Source: the human T2T-CHM13v2.0 reference genome, Homo sapiens. Taken from it: a stretch of 64,000 nt of DNA. Where the stretch lies: NCBI RefSeq assembly GCF_009914755.1, contig NC_060928.1; one strand, 5' to 3'. Both the position numbers and the translations under genes were made by a program. The notes beneath the pieces are model-generated. The model made no database searches. It was not told the DNA's origin and saw only the letters and a list, made by a program, of their open reading frames with translations. Below are positions 42,711-55,030 of the stretch, piece by piece. Position 1 is the first letter of the stretch, and each line of letters opens with the position of its first letter.

Positions 42711-44905
42711 TTTACTATTGGTGTATAGAAATGTTATTGATTTTTTTGTGTTGGTTTTGTATCCTGCAACTTTACTACATTGATTTTTAATAGGTTTCTG
42801 GTGGAGCCTTTAGAGTTTTCTATATATATATATATATAAAATCATGTTCTCTGCAAACAGTAACAACTTGACTTCCTTCTTTTCCAATTTGGACATCCTT
42901 TATTTCTTTCTCTTGTCTAATTGCTCTGGCTAGAATTCCAGCACTATGTTGAATAAAAGTGGAAAAAGTGAGTATTCTTGTCTTGTTCCAGATCATAGAG
43001 AAAAAGCTTTCAATATTTCCTCTTCAATGTGATGTAGGCTGTGGGTTTGGAATAAATGGTCTTTATTGTGTTTAGGTATGTTTATTATATACCCAATTTG
43101 CTGATAGTATTTATCATGAGGGTCTATTGAATTTTATCAAATGCTTTTTTGGTGTCTGTTGAAATGATCATACACTTTTTCTTTTTCATTTTCATTCTGT
43201 TAATTTGATATATCACATTTATTGATGTGTGTGTGTTGTACCATCCTTCCATCCCTGGGATAAATCTCACTTGATCATGGTGAATAATTTTTTTAATTTG
43301 CCGTTGAATTCAGTTTGTGAGTATTTTGTTGACAATTTTGGCTTCCATGTTCATCAGGGATATTAGCATGTAGTTTTCCTTTTTGCTGTGTCCTTGTCTG
43401 GTTTTGGTATCAGGCCTTGTAGGATAACTTTGGAACTATTCTGTCCTCTTTAATTTTTTGGAAGAGTTTGAGTAGAATTGGTATAATTTTTTTTAAATAT
43501 TTGGCAGAAAACAAAGGTGAAGCCATCAGGCCCTAGGTTTTTCTTTGATGAGAGACTTGAAAAAACATAACTGTTACTTCAATTTTCTTACTTGTTATTG
43601 ATCTGTTTAGGTATTCTATTTCTTTATGATTCAATCTTGGTAAGTTGTATGTGTCCTGGAATTTATACATTTCTTCTAGGTTTTTCCATTTGTTGTCATG
43701 CAGCTGTTTATAATAGTCTCATATGATCCTTTTGTTTCTGTGGTATAAACTCACATATGAGCCAGCAATTTCATTCTTTTATATATACATATATATATAT
43801 ATATATGTAATAAAACTAGTATATTGAAGCACCTATTTACAGATGAATGGATTTTTAAAATGTGATATACACACACACATAAAATCACACAATGGAATAC
43901 TGTTCAATTAGAAGACAGCCTGAAAATCCTATAATTTGCGGCAACATGAATGAACCTAGAGGACATTATGTTAAGTGAAATGAGGCAGGGACAGAATGCC
44001 AAACACCTCATGATCTCATTTGTATGTGGACTCTAAAGAAGTTGATCTTATAGAAATAGAAATTAGAATACTGTAGAGGTCCCCAACCTTTTTGGCATCT
44101 GGGGCCAGTTTTGTGGAAGACAATTTTTCCACAGACTAGGGTGGAGTAGGGATGGTTTTGGGACTATTCAAGCACATTACATTTATTATGCAATTTATTT
44201 CTATTATTATTACACTGCAATATATAATGAAATAATTATACAACTCATCACAAGGTAGAATCAGTTAGAACCCTATGCTTGTTTTCGTGCAACTGGACTG
44301 TCCCATATGGGGGTGATAGGAGACAGTGACAGATCATCAGGCTTTAGATTCTCATAAGGATCATGCATCCTAGACCCCTTGCATGCACAGCTCACAATAG
44401 GGTTTGTGCTTCTATGAAAATCTAATGCTATGGCTGATCCGAAAGGAGCTGGAGCTCAGGAAATAATGTGAGTGATGGGGAGTGGCTGTAAATGCAGATG
44501 CAGCTTTGCTCACTCACCCATTGCTCACTTCCTGCTGTGCAGCCTGATTCCTGACAGGCCATAGACTGGTATAGGTCTGTGGCCTGGGGGTTGGAGACCC
44601 CTGGAATAGTGGTTATCAGAGCCTGTGGATGGTAGAAGGGAGAAAGAATGAGGAGAATTTCGTCAATGGGTACAAAGTTAGAATTAGGAAGATTAAGTTC
44701 TGGTGTTCTATTACATAGTAGGGTGACTATAGTTAATGATGATGCATATTTCAAGATAGCTAGAATAGAGGATTTTGAATTTTATCCCTACATATACATG
44801 TTTAGAGTGAAAAATATGCTAATTACCTTGATTTGATAATTATGTAATTATACATGCTAAATATGTATAATTATGTGACTATTACAAATAAAATAAAACT
44901 TTTTA
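42711..44905 (+). mobile_element. L1MA-type insertion with 5' inversion (42711-43745 antisense ORF2; 43746-44905 sense 3' end)
   Basis: Orientation switch near 43745. 17-bp TSD aaaagtaagcatataaa (42694-42710) / aaaagtaagcacgtaaa (44906-44922). Confidence 0.85.
44074..44603. mobile_element. MER1A, complete, nested in the L1MA 3' UTR
   Basis: TIRs tagaggtccccaacc / ggttggagacccctg. 8-bp TSD gaatactg/gaatagtg. Confidence 0.92.
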
Positions 44906-44924
44906 AAAAGTAAGCACGTAAACT

Positions 44925-46330
44925 TAATCACCACTTAGACAAAGATAAGGCACATTAGCAACATCCAGAAGTCTCTTAAGCACCATCCTAATTATTAATC
45001 CCCCAAGATGAACATCGATTTCTATCTCTGTAGATTACATTACCTGTTTTTGAACATTGTAGAAATGAATTATTAGGTGTATGATGGTTTGTCTGCTTCT
45101 GTTGGCACAACAGTTTATCCTTAATACTTATCCATGCCGTTGTGTATAATGGTAGTGTTTTTTTTCTGTGTGGGTTAATATTCTACTACATATTATATTT
45201 ATTTTTTCTATTTTTGATGGGCATACACTTGAGTTTTTTCCAGTTTTTTAGTATTTGTATATGCTTTCTATTAACTTCCTGTTCGTGTGGGAAATATATG
45301 CACTCATTTTCACTGCATATGTACTGAAGAGACCTTGACGAACATATATGTGCATTTCTACTGGTCATATACTTAGGAGTAAAAATGCTGAGTCATTGAA
45401 CTATTGGTTCAGCTCCAGTAAATCATGTCAAGGAGGACTCCAAAGTGATTTTCTCACCAGCAGCATATGAGAGTTCCAGCTGCCTCACTCTCTTGCCAGT
45501 CCTTGGTATTATCAGTATTTTCATTTTAGTCACAGGGAGATTAATAGTTTAATCTTGTAACTTTCTGAAGTTTAAGCTTAGTTTTTCCTGGTGACAGCAT
45601 TTTCATATACACACTGCAATTAGATACTCCTCACTGCAATTAGATACTCCTTTTACTTACTGCTGCCTGTTGAATGGTATCAGTCAAATTACACCGGATT
45701 GCCTATTTATTTATTGTATGTTCGGGTTCATATACGAATCATTTGTCAGATATTAGTATTGAAATGATTATCCTACCTTGTAGCTTGCTTTTAATTCTCT
45801 CAATAGTGTCTTCATTAATAAAGTACAAGGAAACACCCTCTGGAATCTTTATTACTATGATCCATCTGCAATATAATTTTGTGTATTTATAGTATGAGGG
45901 AAGGTGAAGGTTTACTTTTTAACAAAAATACACAAATGCAAATGAACCATTAAAATAAATCTGTTTCAAAGTTTCAGTGACCCCTTTTTATAAATCAAGT
46001 GACCTCATGTACCTGAGGGTTTTTTTTTTTGACTGTTTTCTTGATCATCTCTTTTATTCATATATGTGTCCACCTTTGCTCCACTTCCATCCTGCATTGA
46101 TTACTGTAGTTTTATAATAATTCTTGAAGTGTGGTTATGTAAGCCATCAAACAATTTTTTTCTAACTTAAAATTATCTTTGTGGTTATTGATTTTCAAGT
46201 ATATTTTAAAATCAGCCTCTCAATTTATGCACACAATTGTGCACACATGCACAAGTGGTTTTGACTGGATTTGCATTATATCCATAAAATGGAGAAAAGT
46301 GCTATATTTATAATATAGGATAGAGTTTTA
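44925..46330 (-). mobile_element. Ancient L1ME fragment (host of the L1MA insertion)
   Basis: cacattagcaacatccagaag, ccagcagcatatgagagttccag, ttgattactgtagttttataataattcttgaa. Confidence 0.7.
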
Positions 46331-46924
46331 GTTTTTTTGTTATGTTCCTTTATTTTTAGTAATACCTATTGCCTAGACTTTTCTTTTATGTTACTATAGC
46401 TATACCTACTCTATTCTGTTATGGTTCACATGCTTTATTATTTAAAAAAAATTATTTTAATATTTCTCTGTTCTTATACTTTAGGTCCTTATTGCTCTAA
46501 TGTACAAATAATCTTTACTTAAAATTCAGTCTACTAAATTTACAGAAAAATAAATGTTAAAAGTAGTGTTGCAGGAATTTCCCAGTTTATCTATGTATGA
46601 GTAGCTATTATTAGACCAACATACTTTGTTATAAAAGAAGTTTAAAAACCTGGAAAAATATATGGTAGGCACTGGAAAACACTGAATGTATCCATGAGCT
46701 TTTCTAGAATATGAGGTCCCTTTGTCATGTTTTGAATGTAAGTATTAAAGGAAGAAACTAATCATAATATAATTCAAGTTATTTACCCAAGATTCTCTAA
46801 ATTTTCATTTTGGGTTATCCACACTTCATTCTTTTCTATCCTTTTTGTCTCTGGTCTTCTTTAAATGTTTTATCCTACGTCTAATATGTCTTAAGGACCC
46901 ACAAATTCCATGCACGAGAGCTCC

Positions 46925-47033
46925 ACCAATATGATCTAATCACTTTTCAAGGGCCACACCTCCTAATGCCATTACATTGGTAATTAGGTTTCAACACATG
47001 ACTTTGGAGGTTCACAAAATTCAGACCATAGCA
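46925..47033 (-). mobile_element. MST/MLT1A LTR 5' fragment
   Basis: tgatctaatcac...ttaggtttcaacacatga...ttcagaccatagca. Confidence 0.7.
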
Positions 47034-47496
47034 GGGACTATGAGCCCAGTGGTGATTCTGGAGTTTGGACAATGCTTAGAAATATTGGCGATGCAATAAG
47101 CCAGAGGAAACAAACTCACAGGAAATCAGCTGGAACCTCAGGAACATCATAACTTATGGATAGAAATACTCTTATTTTAGATTAAGATCTTCTCTAAACT
47201 CACTGTAATAAAGTCCTAAAACAAACCTGGCAAATATAAAGGTTATCATCTAGCAAATTAACTGATTGCCAGAAAAAAGTTAACAGTATTTCAAGAAAGA
47301 AAAATCCAGAAACTCAACAATATTGCACCCATATTAGTAAGCATATGATAAAGAATTAAGCGATATTTGAAGAAAGAGAAAAATATAATTATTGAAAAAT
47401 ATAAAGTTAGATAAAAACAGACCCAGAGATCACACAAATGACAGAATTGTCAAACCAGAACTTTCACAGAGCTATTTTAAATATTGCCAAAAATGT

Positions 47497-48045
47497 CGTA
47501 GTAGGCAGAATTCCCAGATGGTTCACAAGATTACTATCTACTGGTATACCCATCCTGCATATTCCCATCCTCTTGAGTCTATGTAAGACAGGTATGCATA
47601 TGATCGATGTCACTCCTGTGACTGGGTTATGTTACATGGTAAACATAAAAAAAAGTTGATGATGTAATTGCAGTCCTTAAACAGTTTGACTTTGAGTTAA
47701 ATCAAAAGAGACATTATGCTGGTTGAACCTGATCTAATAAAATAGATGGCCAAGTTCTTCCATGGGAACAAAGAAAGTATCCTTCTGGAATTGAATGAAA
47801 CATTCATGTTGTAAATAGTCGATGGAGAAAATACATGTCCTACCTAGACTTTGGGCAATCTCAAGCAACTGAATATGGCCTCCAGTTGAAGACCAGCAAA
47901 AATCCAGGTCCTTCCGTAATAAATCTCAAGAAAATGAATTTGGCCAACCTGAATAAGCTTTAAGGTTGATACTTCCCCTAACTAAGCCTCCAAATATCTA
48001 CCTCCTTGATTGTATCCATATAAAACCCTGAGCAGAGTCCATGCC
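47497..48045 (+). mobile_element. MLT1E-like MaLR LTR
   Basis: gtagtaggcagaattcccagatgg, gtcactcctgtgactgggttatgttacatgg, tttgactttgagttaaatcaaaag. Confidence 0.75.
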
Positions 48046-48804
48046 TTATTCATTAATATTGTTAATGTCTAATGTTTGATATATAGTTGATAGTAAATAA
48101 ACATCTGTGGTTGAACTGAGTTAATGTCTTGCTTTACATATATATAATTTAATTTTTTATTACCTGTTTGCCTTTTAGTGAGTTAATTGACAAGTCTGGA
48201 ATATTTCTAAGCTTGACATCATTAAGAATTAAGTTTATATTTCAAATTTCTTTTGAAGCCAGTCATCTCTGTAATATCATAGTTGGAACATTTGCTCTAG
48301 CAATTTACTGGCTTATATAGCCTTTACTATAAAACTGATACATGGTCATACAAGGACTTTTTTTCAATTCATTTTACTAATTTTTAAGAAATAATATCCA
48401 GTAAAATTATACAATAGCAAGGTTACAGTGTGAACACACTATAACACTGCCAAAAAATAGGTTGCTCTTTTTTTTTAGTTCAATGCCATTTAAGTACAGA
48501 TAGAGATAATTTCCTCAACTATCTTGATTATCCAGAAGTTTTCTTTCATTTCATGTTTATTCTGAAGGACATTCTAGGAGATATCCTCACAGAGCAGAAG
48601 GAAGACTTGTAGTTTTGACAAATAAAAGTTTTAATGAGTAGTGTGCCACCATGGATTCTTGTAAAATAGAGCGAAGTTCTTGCTAAAATGAAATCAAGAT
48701 AGTTAATTGATGCATTAAGATAATATGAAGTTTCCCCTAGCATAAAGCCTAGATGGACACTTGGGAGAAGTATGATCTAGTTCAAATTTTCAGCACTCAA
48801 CATC

Positions 48805-49369
48805 ATACACAGCAATCCTCACCATAACCAAGATATGGAAGCAACCTAAGTGTCCATCAATGAATGAATGAATACAGAAAATGCGTTATATACACAGAAA
48901 CTGTGTTATATATACACAATGTAATACTATACAGCCTTAAAAAATTCTGTCGTTTGTGACAGTATGGATGAACTTGAGAACATTATGCTAAGTGAAATAA
49001 TCCAGGCAAAGAAAGACATATACTGAGTGATTTCATTTATATATGCAATCTAAAAACGTTGATCTCGTAGAAAAAGAGAATAGAATGGTAGCCACCAGAG
49101 GCTGGGGATTGAGGGAGGTTGATGGAGAAAGGGTAAATGTTTGTCAAAGGGTACAAAGTTTCAGTTAGAAAAGAAATAGAAGATTCAGTTATCTATTTCA
49201 TCACCCAGCATGGTGAATTTAGTTAATAATAATGTATACTTCAAAATTAGAAAAAGAGAAGATTTTAAACATTCTCACTAAAAAGTGTAAGTAGGTGAAG
49301 TGTTGAATTTGTTAATTGGCTTAGTTGAATCTTTCTACAATGTATACATGTTTGACAATATCACATTGT

Positions 49370-49409
<40 letters not shown>

Positions 49410-49476
49410 GTGACTTGTGGCTACATCTCTCGTTACTCTAACTTAACACCACTGTTTTTTTTTTCCTCTCTATGTA

Positions 49477-49520
<44 letters not shown>

Positions 49521-49565
49521 AATATATATATAAACAGTTATTTTTTGTCAATTGTAAAAAAAACA
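48805..49565 (+). mobile_element. L1MA 3' end containing two (TG)n tracts and a foreign insert
   Basis: ggaagcaacctaagtgtccatcaatgaatg, gggtacaaagtttcagttaga, tttttgtcaattgtaaaaaaa. Confidence 0.85.
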
Positions 49566-50303
49566 AACATCTTATATCTTGGCATTATTGTTACTTATTC
49601 TTTCTCTCCCCAACAAAAACTCTACTTATGGGCCATTTCATCTGCTTTGGGCTCCCGGTGTTTGGATTCTTTCTAGTCTCCTCCTTTCTTTCCCAGCAAC
49701 CTGTCCCCAAAATATCTATATCACCACACCAACAACTCTACTCTCTTTTCCTAAATACTAGTACTTCATGCCTACTCAGAAATAAGAACACCTGGCAACA
49801 AATTAGGTACACGGAAAAAACAACTATTTTCTCTTCCCTTTTCCTTTCCAAATATTTGACTGCCTCATTTTTTTCTTCATGCAGAAAAGACAATAATAGT
49901 TGTTAGGTTTTCCTCACTTCTTTATTATCAAATACATTTGACCTTACTACATTGTCATAACATAATGCATTGAAATATGTACAGGGATGAAGAGTAAGAC
50001 AAGGAAATAAAAATCATCATGAAAAAACTACTTGAAGAGAAGAAATGAAAAAATCATATTGGGAAGAAAGAAGCGAAAACAGTGAAAATTTCCATAGAAG
50101 AGTGGAGTTTGGTAGATTTAGGAAATCAAGAGAATACCAATGTGGCTGGAACTTAACAAGAAAGAGACTGAAATGCAGAAGGTGAGATAAGGTGGGACTG
50201 AAGGAGGTAGTAATGGACGCATCAAGCAGGGCTCCATACAGCTGTTGGTTAATCATCGCAAACTTTACCCTAAAAGCAATAAAAGTCTGCCAAAAGGAAT
50301 CCA

Positions 50304-50580
50304 CATTAGTTTCCTATAATGCTGTAACAAACTACCACAAACTAGGTGGCTTAAGACAATAAAATTTATTCTCTCACAGTTCTGGAGGCCAAAGTTCTAT
50401 AACCAAGGTATGGGCAGCTCCACTCCCTCTGAAAACTCTAGGGGGACTATGTTCCCTGTGACTTTCTGCATCTGTACATTATTGGCATCCTTTGGCTTGT
50501 GGCCACATCTCTTGTTACTCTAACTCAACACCACTGTTGTTTTTTTGTTTTTTCCTCTCTGTCTATGTCTAGTTGCCTTT
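50304..50580 (-). mobile_element. MLT1C-like LTR, 3' half
   Basis: cattagtttcctataatgctgtaacaaactaccacaaactaggtggcttaa...tggcttgtggccacatc. Confidence 0.85.
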
Positions 50581-50597
50581 TAATTTACCCGTTTTTT

Positions 50598-51837
50598 GCA
50601 GTCGGAAAAGGGAGGAGTGTTTTAACAGTCTTTTCAGATAATTGTGGATATTCCCTTTGATACTACACCAAATCTCTGCAAGTGGTAGTTTCATAAAGTT
50701 TGTTTGCATTCTGCAATCTGAAACCATATCAGTAAACTTTTCTCACTTTATTGTATTTAAATTCATTGGTCTAGCTTTCCATTTGGATCTTTCCTGCTCA
50801 TACATGATATGGAAAATATTGGTTCATGGAATTAAATGTTAGAACATTTTATATTACCATCAAAAAAATACAGTTGTTAAAATCAGCAGTAATCTCATTA
50901 GAAGTCTTCTTTCCCTCCAGCTCTATTGAGATATAATTGGTATGCAAAAACCTGCATATAATCATTATATATAATTTGGTGAGTTTGGACAAATGTATAC
51001 ACTCCTGTTACCACCACCACCACAATCCAGATGATAAACATGTCCATCACCTCCAAAGTTTCCTTGTGTCCTTGTGTTTTATTTTCATTTTTATTTCGTG
51101 TATGTTAAGGACACTTAACATAAGATGTACCCTCAACAAATTTAAGTACACACTACCTTCTTATTAGCTGTGTGCATATTGGGAAAGCTGTCATGCTCTT
51201 AGTGGCAGATACAATTTTTCCAAGTGTCTATATTTTTGCTTGAAGGCTTGACTTTTATCACCATCAACAAATATGTCAGTGATTTTTTTTTGATATAACA
51301 GTTTCATTTTGTTTTTGAGAAAATGTCTGCCAAATGCCCAACTTTCAATACTAATACTTTGTCTTTCAATTGTTATTTCATGTAAAAAGGATATTCTATG
51401 AGAACAAAGAAGCTGCTAGTTCAGCTTGCTGATCAGTTAGCATAGATTCTTTTCCTTGAGGCAACCATCATACATCAGTATGCTGCACAACTCCTTCATG
51501 TGAACTCATGAACTCAGGGGTCAAGCTTTCATGCAATTGCTAATGTTCACTGTTTCATCAGGTATATTCCTATATGAAACCATCCTTTTTTTTTTTTCCA
51601 CTGTGAGTTCACAGTGGTAATGATGACCTATACCGGTGGTGCCAGTGCCTTGATTTGTGCTAAGGTGCCAGCAATTTTCAACACCCTTGCTTTTATCATC
51701 ATCAGTGCTTAATGTCAGCCTGTGAAAGTTGTGAGTGACCTGTTTGCATTATTATTATGATTTTTTGTGATGTCATAGACATCCTGAAAGTTGCTTGAGA
51801 ACCCCCAATGTGTCTTGAAGCACTTTGAGAACAGCTG
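50598..51837 (-). mobile_element. Charlie1a (hAT) fragment with antisense transposase remnant, interrupted by an L1M 3' end at ~50910-51175
   Basis: ggaaaagggaggagtg...tcagataattgtggatatt, gagaaaatgtctgccaaat, terminal cactttgagaacagctg. Confidence 0.85.
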
Positions 51838-52303
51838 GCTTGCCAGTTCAGTTGAGGGTGGGCTCCTCACAGTGATCTGTCTCCTCTGAGGTCACTCAAC
51901 TGCATCAAGCTTCTCCTTTGCTTACTAACTTCTAAAGCTATCTTTTTAGAAGCAGTGACCAACTACTTCTTGGTTCAGCTGTGCTGTAGTTTTCCAAGTG
52001 AATGAAAATTTGATAACACTACGAAAGAAAATATTTCTGAGACAGGCAACTCCTGACCTGTATGAAGTTGTACATTTTGCTTTCTTAACACAATAAATTC
52101 ATCCATAAACTTGCTTATACATGATTGACTTTCTTCATTTGTTAAGATGAAGATAATCACAAAGAGAATACGAAGAAATGTTTTGTTCATTTATCAAGAA
52201 GAATTTGGTCATCATAATTAAATTTTTAAAAAGCAGGCTACCACTTGTTGTAATGCTTTTTATTTAATGGACGATTTAATGTGTTCTTTTTTTAATTTCC
52301 TGT

Positions 52304-52381
52304 AAATAGTAATCAGATATTACTATTTTGGGACAAAAATAGTCCCAAATAGTAATCAGATATTACTATTTTGGGACAAAA
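52304..52381. repeat. Exact 35-bp direct duplication containing a 10-bp-stem hairpin
   Basis: aaatagtaatcagatattactattttgggacaaaa twice, separated by atagtccc. Confidence 0.95.
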
Positions 52382-52394
52382 CTGCTTCATAGGT

Positions 52395-52655
52395 GGTGGA
52401 GTGTATTTCTCACCTGAGTCAGGTAATGTTGTCTGTCTCTCTATTTTTGGAGGATTCATGACTATTGACAACCATTGCCTAGATTCGTTATTTCATCAGG
52501 GGTTTGCAAAATGGTGATATTTTTATTGCCTTCGTTTTTTAGTTATTAGAATACTTTCATAAAGAGAAACTTTCCATCATCAACGATTTGAGATCTAGTT
52601 AGTAGAGAAAAGTTAGGTTAAATGCCTGATGCTTTTTCTTATTTTTAAAATCAAT
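52395..52655 (-). mobile_element. L1MC4/5-like 3' UTR fragment
   Basis: ccattgcctagattcgttatttcatcaggggtttgcaaaatggtgata. Confidence 0.65.
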
Positions 52656-52659
52656 TTAA

Positions 52660-53033
52660 AAAAAAAATTACTCCCATAAGTCTTTGCAGAACAGGTGGTA
52701 TTTGGTTACATGAGTAAGTTCTTTAGTGGTGATGTGTGAGATTTTGGTGCACCCATCACCTGAGCAGTATACACTGAACCAAATTTGTAGTCTTTTATCC
52801 CTCAACCCTCTCCCACCCTTTCCGCCCGAATCCCCAAAGTCAATTACGTCATTCTTATGTCTTTTCATCCTCATAGCTTAGCTCCCATTTATGAATGAGA
52901 ACATACAATGTTTGATTTTCCATTCCTGAGTTACCTCACTTAGAATAATAGTCTTCAATCACATCCAGGTTGCTGCAAACGCCATTACTTCATTCCTTTA
53001 TATGGCCGAATAGTTTTCCATTACGTACATATA

Positions 53034-53067
<34 letters not shown>

Positions 53068-54930
53068 TATATATGCCACAGTTTCTTTGTCTACTCATTG
53101 ATTGATGGGCATTTGGGTTGGTTCCACATTTTTGCAATTGTGAATTGTGCTGCTATAAATGTGTGTGCAAGTATCTTTTTTATAAAGTGATTACTTTTCC
53201 TCTGGGTAGATACCCAGTAGTGGGATTGCTAGATCAAAAAGTAGTTCTACTTTAGTTTTTTAAGGAATCTCCACACTGTTGTCTATAGTGGTTGTATTAG
53301 TTCACATTTCCACCAGCAGTGTAGAAGTGTTCCCTTTTCACTGCATCCCCACCAATATTTATTATTATTTGATGTTCTGTCTATGGCCGTTCTTGCAGGA
53401 GTAAGGTGGTATTACATTGTGGTTTTGATTTGCATTTCCCTGATCATTAGTGATGTTGAGCATTTTTTTCAAATGTTTGTTGGCCATTTGTGTATCTTCT
53501 TCTTAGAATTGTCTATTCATGTCCTTGGCCCATTTTTTGATGGGATTGTTTGCTTTTTTCATGCTAATTTGAATTTATTGTAGATTCTGAGTATTAGTCC
53601 TTTGTCAGATGTATAGATTGTGAAGATTTTCTCCCACTCTGTGGGTTATCTGTTTACTCTGCTAACTGTTCCTTTTGCCATGCAAAAGCTCTTTAGTTTA
53701 AATCCCACCTATTTATCTTTGATTTTATCACGTTTGGTTTTGGGTTCTTGGTCATGAAATCCTTGACTAAGCCAATGTCTAGAAGGGTGTTTCTGATGTT
53801 ATCTTGTAGAAGTTTTATAATTTCAGGTCTTATATTTAAGACCTTGATCCATCTTAAGTTGATTTTTGTATAACGTGAGAGGTGAGGATTCAGTTTCATT
53901 CTCCTACATGTGGCTTGTCAATTATCCCAACACCATTTGTTGAATAGTGTGTCCTTTCCTCACTTTATGATTTTGCTTGCTTTGTCAAAGATTAGTTGGC
54001 TATTGGTATTTGGCTCTATTTCTGGGATCTCTATTCTGTCCCATTGGTTTGTATGCCTATTTTTATACCAGTACCATGCTGTTTTGGTGACTATGGCTTT
54101 ACAGTATAGTTTGAAATCAGGTTTTGTGATGTCTCCAGATTTGTTCTTTTTGCCTAGTCTTGCTTTGGCTATGCCGACTCTTTTTTGGTTCCATATGAAT
54201 TTTAGGATTGTTTTTCTAGTTCTCCAAAGAATGATGGTGGTATTTTGATGGGATTTGCATTGAATTTGTAGATTGCTTTTGGCAGTATGGTCATTTTCAC
54301 AATATTTATTCTACCTATGTATGAGCGTGGCATATGTTTCCAATTGTTTGTGCCATCTAACATTTCTTTCAGCAGTATTTTGTAGTTTTCCTTGTAGAGG
54401 TCTTTCACCTCCTTGGTTAGGTATATTCCTACATATTTTATTTTTTGGAGCTATTGTAAAAGGGGTGGAGTTATTTATTTGATTCTCAGCTTGGTCACTG
54501 GTGGTGTATAGGAGAGCTACTGATGTGTATACATTAATACTGTACTCTGAAATTTTGCTGAATTCATTTATCAGTTCTATGAGCATTTTGGAGGAGTCTG
54601 CAGGGTTTTCAATCAGGGTATACAATCATATCATCAGCAAACAGTGACAGTTAGATTTCCTCTTTATTGATTCAGATGCCCTTTATTTATTTCTCTTGTC
54701 TGAATTTTCTGGCTAGGACTTCTAGTACTTTGTTGAATAGAAGTGGCAAGAGTTGGCATCTTGTCTTGTTTTAGTTCCCAGGGGGATTTCTTTCAACTTT
54801 TTCCCATTCAGTATTATATTGACTGGGGGTTTGTCATAGATGACTTTTATTACATTGAGGTAAGTCCCTTGTATGCTGATTTTGCTGAGGGTTTTAATCA
54901 TGAAAGCATGATGGATCTTGTCAAATGCTT
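52660..54930 (-). mobile_element. L1PB1-like element, 5'-truncated (3' UTR plus ORF2 RT/C-terminal remnants)
   Basis: ggttacatgagtaagttctttagtggtgat 3' UTR. Minus ORFs [33 protein letters not shown] are L1 ORF2p pieces. Confidence 0.92.
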
Positions 54931-55030
54931 TTTTCTTATGAGGAGACATGTAATTGGAATCAGGGCCAACCAGATAATTCAGGTTAATTTCCTCATCTCA
55001 AAATATTTAACTTAATTAAATATGTAAAGC
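54931..55030 (-). mobile_element. MLT1C-like LTR, continuation
   Basis: tcttatgaggagacatgtaattggaatcagggccaaccagataattcagg...ttaacttaattaaatatgtaaag. Confidence 0.75.

Noticed and set aside
49377-49906. 144-aa and 99-aa ORFs with CVCV repeats
   Set aside because: Artefacts of (TG)n microsatellites.
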